A stretch of 64,000 nt of DNA from Takakia lepidozioides (GCA_030704615.1 CM060731.1:43710001-43774000), one strand, 5' to 3'. Counted from the stretch's first letter, positions 37,431-51,313 are shown. Made by a program: numbers and translations. The notes: a model not told the origin generated them from the sequence alone.

Positions 37431-37789
37431 TCCCTGAAATCCAGCCCGTAATCCATTCATCCATCCACTGATTTCATCCGTCTGTAACTTTCATCCCTCC
37501 ATAATTTTCATCCATCTTCCATCCTGGGACATGACCAACTTAAGTTTGGTACATGACCAACTTACATTGATACATGAGCCGTTTTAAGTCCTCATGAATG
37601 TTGCTCCTCATCCATGTCATTCATCCGTTTGGGTAGTGGGGATCGCTACCCTTGATCAACCAATATCTAGTGGTTCACATTTTTTTATCCTTGTTTTCCC
37701 ATTAGCTCCCTTTCCCGTGCTAAGTTGAGATCGGGAAGAGGTTCCATGCTTGAAGTAGCGAATTGTAGCGCTTGATTGCTTTGAGAGTC

Positions 37790-38244
37790 GTCTATTGGTG
37801 AGACATCCACTACAAATATACATATTTGCCCACATTTGCTGAGTAAAAAAGACATCGATCTTGAATCATTCTTGGCGCTGAAGACTATTCATTGATTTCT
37901 AGATCATACCTCCATACCATGTAACCTCTAGAGTATTGTCCGCACCAAAAGCTGCATTCCTGTAACCGCCGACTCATTGTCAGAAACTTCAAAGGTATAA
38001 TCCACATGGCAGTCTGGCAGACATCGCCACCGCGTACTAACGGAATCAAACGCCCACCACTTCCGTGCACTTATGAGAGTTTGTACATTGTGTGCAGGAC
38101 CAGCCAACATGTAAACCCATTCCTCCTTGATCTCTACCCGTTTGTGAGTCTCATAGATGTCGTTGCAACCTTCGTCATCAATCACCGCTAGCACATTCTG
38201 CCATTTCTTACAAATGTCTTTCAACGGTAAATAATAAGAGCGAG
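37790..38244 (-). pseudogene. F-box/kelch-repeat gene, 3' part
   Basis: RSYYLPLKDICKKW, EEWVY, WWAFDSVSTRWRCLP, FEVSDNESAVTGMQLLV and VWRYDLEINE match plant SKIP11-like F-box/kelch proteins; frameshifted. Confidence 0.8.
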
Positions 38245-39240
38245 TGTCGAGTGGCTTTTACTCACCCATCCCTTCGTTATCCGAGGTGGAAACTCCAAGA
38301 TAGAAGAGTTGGATATCTCTAAGCACTCAGCCCGCTCAGAACAATCAGTCATGACCTGCAGCTAGTGAATCATGGTTGTGCTTCCTATTTGTATTCCTTC
38401 TTGCCTTCATGTTATCAATTTACCTTACCGTGTATACTGAAGCATCAGATTGCTTCAGTATCTACTAAGTTCCAGTTAATCATGCATTCATTCCACAGCT
38501 TCACTCATGTCTCTCTACACAGTGTGATTGTATCGAATAAGTATCAGATTATGATTTATCAGGTATCAGGCCAATGCCATGGTGACTCTAATCTGCCCTA
38601 CAATATCACTACAGCTTTGCATGTAACAAGCATCTACTGTTCATCTTTCCTCCTTCTTTGTGGTCTCGTTCTTGCTCTCCGTCTGACCTCTCATGCATGA
38701 CCAAAAAGCGCTTCCCCGTGAAGTGGTCCCCTTCCCGTTGCCGCTCTCCTAATCTACCCGCAAGCTATTCTAACCACCTAACTAACTAACCGTCACCCCT
38801 GAAGTAACACGTTCCCTCTGCAGATGTCGTTTCCTCACAGTCGTTCCCTGTCAATGATAACTGTTCCTCATATATTGTAACAGGCTATGTCAAGCTGTGT
38901 CAAGCTGTAACTGGCTGTGCAAAGCTGTGGCAGACTGCGTCGGGCTGTGACTGACTGTGTCAGGCTGTGTGAAGTTGTGGTGGGCTGTGACTGGCTGTGT
39001 AAAGTTGTGTCGGGCTGTGTGAAGCTGTGGCGGACTATGACTGGCTGTGTGGAGCTGTGTTGGGCTGTGACTAGCTGTGCGAAGCTGTGGCGGGCTGTGT
39101 AAAGCTGTGTCGGGCTGTGTAACCCCCCTATAGCCTGCTGCTGCCACCCCTAAGGCCCTTGTTGGTCTCAGTCTGCGCAAAAATTAAGAGTACCCCACAG
39201 AACCCGTAAAAGCATCTAAGTCCCAAGTAGCCCTCTAATA
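38245..39240 (-). repeat. 3' LTR
   Basis: Direct repeat of 50310-51313; contains a GGCTGTG minisatellite; inner end reads TA instead of CA. Confidence 0.93.
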
Positions 39241-39257
39241 TTACCCCTTCTCCTCTC
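39241..39257 (-). other. Polypurine tract
   Basis: GAGAGGAGAAGGGGTAA on the minus strand immediately before the 3' LTR. Confidence 0.8.
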
Positions 39258-39271
39258 AAAAAGCCATATCC

Positions 39272-42200
39272 TCACGATTTACTGTTTGGGATTAGCAAAC
39301 CTTTGTGAGCGAGCACCCTTCTGACGGTGAGAGTCTCGTGAAGGACTCCGTGTGCGAGCCCGAGTCCTGTCACTGGCTGATGGAGATGATTGAGCACTAC
39401 CTGGAAATGTCTGACCCTCTTTTGCTGATAACGAGGTAACCTCTCAGGCATAGGAGATCCCCATCGTTTCTTCTCTGCCATCTGAAGTGCATAGTCCTCT
39501 GCCATGTCAAAAGAGTCCTCGGAAGAAACAGTAGTATCAGAATCCTCGTCCCCCTTTAGGTGTTTTAACGGCCAAACTTTAAGTGGAATCCTGTGTGGCA
39601 TACAATGTGGTCCCACCATGTCTGGAAATTTTAACTGTACAACTTGTTGTAAGCGCTTGCAAGCAAAATTAGTGAACGTCCTGAACTCCTTATCTGTATA
39701 GGTAAGAGGTGTGCCAATGACTTTGGAACAGTGTAAGTATTTCCAGGCTTCATGTCCCTTAAAGAAAATATCCTCAGGGCCAAATTTATGTGTTGTCAAA
39801 TTGTTCCAAGCCGAATGAAACCAGGAACGAAGTTGGGAATCCTTCTGCATCATAACTTTTGCATCATATAGGTACATATGAGGTGGCACTGAAGGTAAGA
39901 CCCAATGATCCCCACTGGAATAACTCAGAAATCGGGATTGCATCCTCTGCTGCTCAATGTGATAACGTGCCAGAAAACAAGCAGCATAGTATAATCCACA
40001 GCCCATGACAATACTTGATAGTTGCCACTGCCAATGCGCATGATCTGGTAGTAATGTGCCAACGACTGCGGAGGACTAAATTCCTTCCAAGCCAAATCCA
40101 ACACAATGGGAATTTGGTTGAAGGGCATAATCATAGCCCGACTGTACTCCCGTGTAGCAGGAGTCTTAGGTGGGTTAAAAGCAGCATCCCCCCATACCTC
40201 AGGCTGTGGTGTGGCTGTAGTAACAATAGGGTCAACTACCTGCACAGCCGCCTGCTGTGGTATTGGTACCACTGGCCCTTCTACCACTGGCATTTCCTGT
40301 ACCGGCATATCCTGCACCCCCTGCAAAGAAGATTGAAAAATTAGAGACCTGACATGTAAATAAGTAACCATGAGCTGCTCCTCAGGAACAAAGACTCTCT
40401 TATCAATATTTGAACTCAGGTCATCCACTTGAGTCTGCAGGCCTTCCACGTTCTCTTGTAGCTCCGCTATCCTACTATAGATATTGTCTATGGTAGTAGT
40501 GGCAATGTTCTGCACCTGCAATCTGACCTCATTCATCTCATTATGGGTGAGTTTCCGTGGTGCTTTGCTTTCTACCCGCCCTTGGGCTAACCAGACCTGC
40601 ACCACCAAGTGTGTGTGGCACACCTGAAGTCTGCTGTGAGTCTGTACACATCTAACTGCTGCTGTAAAGCCTCCATGCGCTTCGCATGAGGTTCAACCAG
40701 ACCCGCATAGGCAGCAGCCAGATTATTGGCTTCCTTCCAAGCCTTGTTAGCCATAGAGAGTTCATTTCTATTGACCATGACTGTCTGTTGCAACTCCAGG
40801 ATGTACCTCTCCTGGTCAGCCTCAACATGTCTGTATTGTTTGAAAGTATTCTCATTGCGATAGATTGTATTCTTCATATCAACAATGAGTTTCGCTTGCT
40901 CTATTATTTCAGCTTCTGCTCGCATACATCTCTCCCCCTTGTCTGTTAACTTCTAATGCAGTTTGCTCAAGAGTAGTTGTGAGTGTAGCACATTGTATGG
41001 TCATCTTCTCATGTACTGCCTCCAACTCTGTATGTAGTACATTCACTTCTTGCAACTTGCCCTCATGCTTCACCTGCATTTGGTATAACTGTTGCTTATG
41101 TGCTTCATGTAACTGGTCCTGCTCGAGGCCTGCTTCAATCAAATGTCCCTTGGCCAACTGCAAAGCAGCCTTTGTGTCCTCCAACTCTTGCTGTAACTTG
41201 AGATTGACCTCCTCATCTACCTTGTTAGCACACTCAGTGGCAACTCGAGCCTCAAACTCCTTCCTGAGTTCCTCCCTCAAAGCTGCCAATTGGGTAGATG
41301 GAACATGGGATTTCACATAAGTGCCCAACAAATTAAGTGTCCTAGTTATGGAACTCATAAGCATGGCCTGCTGAGGGTCATCATGGTGAACTTGCTGTTG
41401 TTCTCCCTGATCCTCCACAGTGTGATGCCTCACCAACCATTCAGGCCATTGCCCCACCAGATTCTCTTCCTGAACCACCTCATCCTCCACAGGTGCTGCA
41501 GTGTCATGATATTCTACCCCTGGTACCTCCGTCACAGGTGTGGGTATTATATGCACAACAGGGTTTTCCCTGGACAACCGCTGCACCTCTGGAACCACTG
41601 ATTCCCTTACCAAGCCAGAGTTTTCATAGAGAAGGTCACCCTTCTCAATTTCGGCCACGACCTGCTCTGTAGTGGGAATGTCCAACCCTTCTCCATCTAG
41701 AGCAATTGGGGGTGGTATCACAACATGTTTCAACTGTGGAACCTCTAAAACAACTGAGTCAACTGGTTGTGGTGGCTGTGGTATCGAAGTGATTTCCTCT
41801 TCCCTCTCCGAAGGCCGTGCTTCCAAAAATAACAGTTCTCTGTGGTGCTGTCCCCCATCCTGCACAAGAGCTTGGGAAACATCATCATGCGGTTTCCGTG
41901 AAGCCAGTGGATCCGCCACTACAGTCATACTCCGCTTATGTCTCTTAGACTAGTATTGCCCTGCCAGTCCACCCTCACTATGTGAAGAGCCCTACTCTTC
42001 AATTGCAGTGGTTTCTGCCTCAAACACTCCCATCTCCTTACGTTCCCGAGTATCAAGAATGATTTGGGCAATGACTGGACCAGACACAATGATTGGAGAC
42101 TTAGTAGCAGTGCCCTGTAACCTCTTCATTTTGTCCACCAGACCATTGTACATTAACTCCGCCCAAGTTACATTCTCTCCCCTCAAAGCTTTTAGGATCT

Positions 42201-42671
42201 CCTGTGTGAATGACCTGCTCAAATACTGTTGGTTCTGTTTCATGGCAAACAGAACGTTCAATATTTGGCCAACTTCTCTGAGCCCTGGGTACTCGGCTTT
42301 GGTACAAGCGTAACCTTGAGTCTAAAGAAACTCCTTTCTTGGAACAAATTCCCTATCTGCAATCTTGCCCTATGCTCATCCACATCCACATGACCTGATG
42401 GCAAATCAAACAATTGCTGCAGGTACTGGGGAGTAATTTCTATATCTACTCCCCTCACCTGGGTAACTCCCGTCCGAGGCTCAAAGTTCTGAAGGAATTG
42501 AATCATATACTGCCGATGATGCAAGGACCAGTCATTGTGTAGCAGCCCCTCCAATCGCAACTCCCTTAGCAGCTGCACTGCCTGCGGTGCTGCAATTGTT
42601 TGCTTCTGCAGTATCGTGGTGCTCTTCACTCTGATATCCTCCATTCCCCTCACCCTCTTCATTCTAGACAA
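39272..42671 (-). pseudogene. Extra retroelement ORF of unknown function (coiled-coil centre), broken into six or more pieces
   Basis: Nearly abutting same-strand ORFs 42671-42258, 42261-41992, 41928-40909, 40925-40587, 40623-39925 and 40006-39272 lie between IN and the PPT. Confidence 0.7.
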
Positions 42672-43048
42672 ACAAAAAGGCTTTGTTTGAAACAGCTAAA
42701 GGAAAGCTTGCAGGGCACAGAGCATGAAGGTGTGGTTGGCACAGAATAGAACAGGTAAGCGCGTGTAAGCCTGTGGGGCTTGCAAGTATCGAGTGAGAGA
42801 AAATGTACTCTCAACTCGTCCGTCTTTGCGCCACTGTGTGAGAAGTAAAGCGAGTGTGTAATCTGTTACATCCGCCATAGCTACAAAGCTAGTGCTTTGA
42901 TTGCCCCTCCCGTTGAGACATTGGCTATTCAGAGCCACCCCGACTCTTCCGCTCATAACACTTCCTATTTCTTGTTCTTGTTTCTTGGAGGGAACCACCT
43001 GCATGTAATTCGCACTCCTGATTGGCTGTGGCCTGCTTAGGTAATTTC

Positions 43049-46000
43049 TTAATTCCACCCCCCTCCGTGGACATTCCCACCTGGAATGTCCAGTAGGACA
43101 GCACATGTGGCATAGGTTCCTCTTACCCTTACACTGAATGCATTAATGGGCCCACAATTAGTATTAGCTGCTGTACCGAGTAGGTACTTTGACGGCCCGA
43201 TTTGTCCGCTTGCATGATGAGACCCACTTTTGCAATCGATGCAGCGCGGTGTGCTTCGCCTTAGTGGCCACATGTCCATTTCTAGACATGCCCCCGACTT
43301 CCCCTCTCCGCGTGGCATATTCTCCAAGTTTGACTTCCAAACTTCTTCTTCACTTAATGGTCGCTTTTCTGACGTTAACCCGCGTCCACCTGTCACTGAC
43401 CTAATGGACTGTGTAACCTGCATGGGCTTTGTTGGGCTGTGACAGGCTGTGTGGCAGTGTGATGGGCTGTGATAGGCTGTGTGATACTGTGATGGGCTGT
43501 GATAGGCTGTGTCACGCTGTGATGGGCTGTGATAGGTTGTGTCATGTTGTGATGGGCTGTGATAGGCTGTGTCACACTGTGATGGGCTGTGATGGCTATA
43601 CGAACACCTGTACTTCCCGCCCTGGTCATATACGCTCGGCTTAGCGACAAGTGCTCCATACTCCGTTGGTATCACTGGCGCAGCCCGTGACTGTTTTTGC
43701 GTTTCAACATGCAAATCGTGCTGCAATGGTTTATCATGGATACCACTGTATCCCTTCAACTTATTGGCATTGACTCTTCCCAGCATCTCTTTGTTAATGG
43801 TTTGTAACATGGCGGTGTTGTTATCATACATCTTCTGTATGACATAAGGTCCTTTCCATGGTGATTTAAGCTTAGAAGCCTTAATCTTCCCCTTCTTTTG
43901 CAACCACAGAACCAAATCTCCCGTCTTAAAAGTCTTTAATTTACCTTCATCAAACTGATCCTTCCTCTTCATCTGAATTCTGGTCATGTTATCAGCTGCA
44001 TCAGCACGTACTTCTTCCACATGGTATAATTCATGTTTCCTGACCTTAATTGAATCTTCCAATTCCATTCTCCTTCCCCATTCAGTTCTCATGGTAGGTA
44101 ACAAGAATTCCACTGGAAGTAAAGCTTCCATACCATAAACTAATTGGAATGGTGTATATTTAGTGGTGACTTTATATGAAGTCCTGTATGACCACAAAGC
44201 TGTCAGCAACTTTGTATCCCATTCTGTTCTGTTTGCATTGACTATCTTAGCCAAGATAGTACATAGTATTTTGTTGGTAGCCTCTGCCTGCCCATTACCC
44301 TGTGGGTAATAAGTTGTACTCTTCCTATGCACAATCATGAACTCTTTAGTCAATAGTTCAATGGTCTCATTAATGAAGTGACTTCCCTGGTCACTGATAA
44401 ATTCCAGGGGACAGCCAAATCGTGTAAGTATGTTATCATACAGGAACCTTGTTGTGGACTTGGCTGTGTTGTCCCTCAGAGCCTTAGCTTCCACCCACTT
44501 TGTAGTATAATCAGTGGCTGTGATTATGTACTTGTTCTGTGTATTCTTGGCTGGTGGGTTAATTGGTCCAACAAAGTCTAGTCCCCATTTCTGAAATGGT
44601 TCAGTAGGCATCGTAGGATGCAAAGCCATCTTCCCAGATCTCTGCAATGGTCCTAGCCTCTGACACTCATCACAACTCTGACAATACTTGTGTACATCTT
44701 TGAACAAAGTAGGCCACCAGTAACCTGCAAGTAGTATCTTCCTACTGGTAGTCTCTTCTCCAAAATGACCTCCAGCCACTCCTTTATGAACTTCCTCCAA
44801 AACTTTATTTACTTCATGGTGGTACAAGCATCGTTTAAGTACTCCATCAGGTCCTAGCTTATACATTCTGCCCCCTACCATAGTATAAGGTAAAGCCTTG
44901 ATAGCGATTCTCTTCCTCTGCTCCTTTCCAAAACAAGGTGGGCACTGACCATGAGTAAGGTAGTATCTGATTGGCCACTGCCAATCTAACCAGTCATCTG
45001 CACTTCCCTGCACCTCCACTGCAAATAAACTCGCATCAGGTAATTGGTCGTCTACTCCTGTGGCGGGCTCTCCTGTTGATAGGCGTGACAAGTGATCTGC
45101 CACAAGATGCAAACGGCCAGGCTTGTAAACAACTTCGAACTCAAACTCGTGCAAGATTATTAACCACCTTGCTATCCTTCCACTTATCAAAGGTTTGTTC
45201 ACCAGATATATCAGAGCCTGGTGATCCACATAAAACATAAACTTTCTTCCTAATAGGTAATGCCTGAATTTCTTGACTGCATAAATCATTGCCAGTGCTT
45301 CTCTTTCAGTTGTGCTATAGTTCCTTTCAGCACTGTTCATCAACCTGCTAGCATAGTACACAGGTGAATCTATATTCCCTATAACATTTTGGGCTAACAC
45401 TGCTCCCAACGCTTCTCCTGAGGCATCACAGTGAACATGAAATACTACATGCCAGTGAGGGTTAATCAGCACAGGGTAGTTGTTACTGACAATGTAAGTT
45501 CCTCAAAAGCCTGTTGACATTCAGCTGTCCATGCAAACACTGCATCTTTCTTCAGAAGCTTGCTCAATGGTGCTGCTATCTGTGCATACCTTCTGACAAA
45601 TCTTCTGTAATAACTGGTTTGTCCAAGGAATCTCCTTAGACTCTTAACATTTACTGGTGGTGGAGAGGCTTTAATGGCCTCTGTCTTTCTGGGATCCACA
45701 AGAAGTCCCTTCTTACACACAATGTGTCCCAAAAGCACCCCTGAGTTCACACAGAAAGTACACTTCTCTGGATTCAGGCCCAGACCTCTCATCTGCATCT
45801 GGCCAAACATAACTCCAATTTATGCAAGTGCTCATTCTTAGAGCTGTACACACTGAAATCATCCAAGAACACCTGCATGAAATCATCCAGATACTCATGA
45901 AAAGATTCACTTATCACTCTCTGAAAGGTTGCTGGTGCATTACAAAGTCCAAAAGGCATGACTTTGTATGCATAAGCACCCCAGTCTGTGATGAAAGCTG

Positions 46001-47530
46001 TCTTTCCCTGATCTTCTTCTGCCACTTGCACTTGATTATAACCACTGAAGCCATCCATGAATGAGTACATCTCATGGCCTGCCACAGTGTCCAATACCGC
46101 TTCTGTGAATGGCAAAGGGAAATGATCTTTCTTCGTGCAAGCATTCAACTTCTTATAGTTCACACAAACTCTCAGTTTACCATTCTTCTTGGGAACTATC
46201 ACAATGGGTGACAACCAAGTTGTATACTCTATCGGGTATATAAACTTAGCCTCAGCCAACTTCTTGATCTCTTCTCCAACCTTCTGTGCATAGTTGGGAT
46301 TCATTCTGTACCTTGCCTGTTTGATTGGTACTGACCCTGGTTCCAGTTCATTCCTATGCTGACAGTGGTATCCCTTTGAGATCCTCATAGCTCCAAGCAA
46401 ATACATCTCTGTATTTGATGAACAAACTCTTAGCTTCCTCAAAGAATTTTGGCTCCAAATCAGCCCCTACCTTCACCATCCTCGGTTCCTCTTCAGTTCC
46501 CACATTCACTTCTCTCACCTGCTCATCAGCTGTGATTGTCCAACCAGTCACCACTTTCCTGTAAACTCACAGTGGCTGGTTCCTCTAGGATTTCCATTTT
46601 TCCCTCTCTTTCTTCATAGAAATGTGGTGGGTAACTGCTTGTTTCACCCTCAATTGGTGTTGCTGTCACTACACCACAACAGATACCTTTTAAAGAACTT
46701 AGGCCTTCCAGCTGCATCTCTGCAACCTGCTCCCACTCTGGATGTGCAGCGAACAGGGTAGCTTCATGCTCCTCATCAAGTCCTCCCCTCCAGTCATACT
46801 CCCTAACCCCTCGAGGTCTTCTCGTAGCAGGTAATCTACTAGATTTCTTAGTGGTGATTTGTATCTTGTGCATCCCATCATGCATAGTTAGTAACTGGGA
46901 ATTCCAGTCATGGAATACCCTGGCCTGTTTCAGCCATGGTCGTCCCAACAATAAGGAGTAAGCTTCCATGACTTCATCCATTTTCAACACAGTTACTGTG
47001 ATCATAAATATCATCTTTTGAATCCGTATCTTAACTCCTCTTATCAATCCCAATGGCTGTACACTTCTTTGATCTGCCATTGGGGCTGGTTTCATGTTAC
47101 TTAGACCAAGCTTCTGCCTTAATTGGTCTGTCATGATATTCACTCCAGAGCCTCCATCTATCAGTACATCAGTTAGTTCTGTGCTTCCAATTCTCAATTG
47201 GATTACTGGCATAGAATCATCAAAGTCCATGACTGTTTCTCGCACTTCCGGCTTCACATTAGAAATGGTCACCTTGCTGTTCAGGTCTGTGTTCCCTGTC
47301 ACATGGGCAATTTGATTGATTGCTTGATACAGCCTGTGTCTACAATAAGGTGCCACAGCCAATAGCTGTCCAATGGTAATCTCCGCTTTGGACTGGCATA
47401 TTACTTCAACCAAAGTCCCTTCATTACTCTGCATTTCTGCAGCTTCTTTCTTCCCTTCATCCTCACTCTCTTCCTCTTCTCTTTCAGAATAAGAGGAATC
47501 TGCCATAGGAATATCAATACTCTTCTGCAT
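43049..47530 (-). pseudogene. pol: Gypsy pol: protease, RT, RNase H, integrase (frameshifted)
   Basis: LIDGGSGVNIM and LLLGRPWL (protease); MPFGLCNAPATFQR and FLDD (RT); CDAS and EREALA (RNase H); H-H-C-C, WGLDFVGP, SDQGSHF, QAEATNK, WKGPY (IN). Confidence 0.95.
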
Positions 47531-47752
47531 TCTCTTATGGTATCTGTCACTTCCTTGTGCAGTTCCTTCTCATCTCTCCAAGCCTCATCATCTTCAGGCA
47601 CATCACTGCCATCTTCATTATCATCGCCTTCCTCATCTACTGGAGTATTATTTTGGCTTTGCTTCTCGTTACTATCATTGTACTTACTTCTGGTACAACA
47701 CATGGCCTAACCATGTGAGTTGCCACCACTGGCCCCTCATTCACAGGAGCTC

Positions 47753-50309
47753 TCATCTCATTCTGGTGTGTTTGATCCAGAATGGACAGGCTGCCTTGCG
47801 ATGTCCTGCCTGATTACAATAGTAACACAGTTCTTCCCCATTAGGTCCTCGCCCTTGGTCTGTTCTGGGATTGTTTCTGTAATCCTGATTCCCTGGCTGG
47901 TAATTCCCCCTTGGATTACCCTGATAGTTGCCTCTAGAATTCCCTTGGTAATTCCCTTTTGAATTACCTCTCCCTTCCATGCCATTGTTATAACCACCAG
48001 GCCTACCATAGTGGTCCTGATCACTGTTTCTTCTTGGCTGGGGCTGCACTTGATGCACCCTTACTTGCCTAGGTTCTCTTGCTGCTGTCCTTCTGTTGTA
48101 GTAATAATTCTCAGTAGAATGGTTATCCATTTTACAGATAGTACAGTGTTTCTCCTTCATGTGGCATTCAGTGGTGGTATGGCCTTCATTCTGGCACTTT
48201 GCACACCAAACACCCTTCCTCCAATGTGTTGCAGCCTCTGTGGCATACTTCTTCAAGATTTCTTCTAATCTTTTCTCATAGTTATCCCTCTTCAACGTTT
48301 CCTTCTTCTTACTCTTCCTTTTCAGCTCTTGCTCTTCTTCCTCATCTGACTCATCCTCAGAGTCCTCATAATCATTTTTCTCTCTCTTGAGCATTCCCAA
48401 TTGCTCAATTCTGTTCGCAGTTTCAAATGCCTCCTCCACTGTATTATGGGGTAACATATCCACTTTCTTTTGCAACTCTGGTCTTAGTCCACTCACAAAC
48501 CAAGTCTTCTGTAAACCTGGTGCTGGTACAGCAGCCAGCTTTTTCATCATCAATTCCATCTTTCCCATATACTCCTCAACAGTTTCATGCTTCTTTTGCT
48601 TTAACTGTTGTAAACTTCCATACACTTCATCCTCAGTTTTCCTTGTCCTGAACCAATTTTGGAATGTTGTATTCAAGCCATTCCAGGTTAGGAAATGATT
48701 ATCAGGGAATCTTGCATACCATTCACTTGCTTTCTTTATAAGTGAACAAGGAAACAGTCTCATCTTGGCATCATCGCCATCTCATTGTTCACAATACACA
48801 TGTACTCAAATTGGCTAATGTGTACATCAGGATCCCTTTTTCTTGAATATATTGGAAAATGTGGTTTTGCCCGTGTTGGTTATAACGCCATCTGTGGCCC
48901 TACCTTCTGTCCACTGACAGATGCTGGCCCTCTTGCTGGTGCTGATCCTTGAGGACCTGTTGTAGTTGTGGTGGAACTTCCACCAAGTGTTGGCCCTTGA
49001 GCACTCCCTGCTACTGGCCCCACTATATTCACAGTATTCCCAGCTCTAGTTGCACTACTTCCCACACTCCCTGTCCCCCCAGAGCCAAATCCAGGCTGCC
49101 CGCCTGATCCCCCTTAGCCGACACCTTCGTTGGCCTGTGATCCAAGTGCTCCACTTGATCCAGGTCCAACGGGTTGGGATGTCCTGGTTGTAGTCTCAAC
49201 CTCAGCTGTTGGGTCTACTTCTTCATACTCTTCCTCTTCCAATTTCTTGTCTCTGTTTTCATCCTCCAAGTTATGCCCTTGGGTTTCTTCTTCACTCATG
49301 TAACTCAACTACAATGGTGTTGGAGAGTCTGAACTCTCCATTGGCTCTGCCACATCCTCTCCTCCTTCTTTGTCTTCCGTCTCAGAAACTGGAGTTCCTG
49401 CTTTTGGTGTTCCATGCCAACTCTTATCAAAGATTTTTGTCAAATCTTTTATCCAGGGATGTACCTCAGATCTTTCACCTCGTGGTTGATCTTCTTCCTG
49501 TACCAATTCCCTTAATCTTTTTTGCAAAGAAAAAGAAGGAGTGGCATCCAACTCTAATTCTTCCGGTATGGGTGATGTACTCTCTAATCTTAATGGTGTG
49601 AGAGGTCCAGATGATTCCCCTATGTCTATTCCTCTCTCCCAAAGATATGGTTAATTAGCTTTCAGATAACTTTCTCTTTGTGCTGAATATCTCTGGAGTC
49701 TAGCTTCTCTTTCATCACTCATGTCCCATGTCTTTCATTTCTTTAATGTGGCAATAACCAAAACTCTCTTCTATAGTATCTCTAGTATATGCCTGGGTTT
49801 CTTTCAAGCTTCAATACATCCTTGGCTATACTAGAAGTCTCTGTTACCATATAACCATATGGCAAACAAGTCTGGAAAGCTGTTCTTGGTGTGAATTTGA
49901 TCCACAGAATATCCTTTGGAATCCAATTCTTTACCAGTACAAGCTCCTCATGCATATGAGTATAAACATTCACCTTCATTTCCTCCCAGCCTTCAAACTC
50001 TACTCGCTTAATGGATAGCAATGCTATCACATAAACCAGTGTTGGTAACCAACGTGCTCTTCCTCTACAGGCCACCTGATAAATCTTTATCACTCATTTC
50101 TCCAGACCCCACTCAGGGTCAGCATCATGCACTCTCTTAAGAATGTTTTCTTTACAACCGTCTGGCAATTCCAAGAACCTCTGAAAAAATTGTTTGGACA
50201 ATCTTTCCTTCTCAGTTTCACAAGGAATTTGATTCACATCAAATTCTTTAATTCTCCAACCACCATGATCCCACCAGATGCCTGTCACATTTGGTTGTTC
50301 ATGACCCAA
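47753..50309 (-). pseudogene. gag: Gypsy gag with long N-terminal extension
   Basis: RLFPCSL..ASEWY..TW..L..F, LKQKKHETVEEY, FVSGLRPEL; knuckles CAKCQNEGHTTTEC and CYYCNQAGHRKAAC; stop-interrupted same-strand ORF pieces run up to the 5' LTR. Confidence 0.85.
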
Positions 50310-51313
50310 TCGAGCGGCTTTTACTCACCCATCCCTTCGCTATCCGAGGTGGAAACTCCAAGATAGAAGAGTTGGATATCTCTAAGCACTCAGCCCGCTC
50401 AGAACAATCAGTCATGACCTGCAGCTAGTGAATCATGGTTGTGCTTCCTATTTGTATTCCTTCTTGCCTTCATGTTATCAATTTACCTTACCGTGTATAC
50501 TGAAGCATCAGATTGCTTCAGTATCTACTAAGTTCCAGTTAATCATGCATTCATTCCACAGCTTCACTCATGTCTCTCTACACAGTGTGATTGTATCGAA
50601 TAAGTATCAGATTATGATTTATCAGGTATCAGGCCAATGCCATGGTGACTCTGATCTGCCCTACAATATCACTACAGCTTTGCATGTAACAAGCATCTAC
50701 TGTTCATCTTTCCTCCTTCTCTGTGCTCTCGTTCTTGCTCTCCGCCCGATCTCCTCTCATGCATGACCAAAAAGCGTTTCCCCGTGAAGTGGTCCCCTTC
50801 CCGTTGCCGCTCTCCTAATCTACCCGCAAGCTGTTCTAACCACCTAACTAACTAACAGTCACCCCTGAAGTAACACATTCCCTCTGCAGATGTCGTTCCC
50901 TCACAGCTGTCAATGATAAATGTTCCCCATATACTGTAACAGACTATGTCAAGCTGTGTCAAGCTGTAACTGGCTATGCAAAGCTGTGGCGGATTGTGTC
51001 GGGCTGTGTCGGGTTGTGTGAAGCTGTGGCGGGCTGTGACTGGATGTGTAAAGCTGTGCGAAGCTGTGTCAGGCTGGCTGTGTAAAGCTGTGCGAAGCTG
51101 TGTCGGGCTATGTGAAGCTGTGGCGGGCTGTGACTGGCTGTGTAAAGTTGTGGCGGGCTGTGACTGGCTGTGTAAAGTTGTGGCGGGCTGTGTAACCCCC
51201 CTAAAGCCTGCTACTGCCACCCCTAAGGCCCTTGTTGGTCTCAGTCTGCGCAAAAATTAAGGGTACCCCACAGAACCCGTAAAAGCATCTAAGTCCCAAA
51301 CAACCCTCTAACA
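50310..51313 (-). repeat. 5' LTR
   Basis: Direct repeat of 38247-39240; starts TG on the minus strand; inner CA absent. Confidence 0.93.

Larger units (their letters stand above)
38245..51313 (-). mobile_element. Ty3/Gypsy LTR retrotransposon with both LTRs and an extra 3' ORF
   Basis: Outer termini TG...CA, 5-bp TSD GCGAG (38240-38244, 51314-51318), two roughly 1-kb LTRs, gene order gag-PR-RT-RH-IN. Confidence 0.96.

Noticed and set aside
38365-38700. Conserved 111-aa ORF duplicated at 50428-50766
   Set aside because: The duplication simply reflects the two LTRs; the ORF is antisense and has no protein signature.
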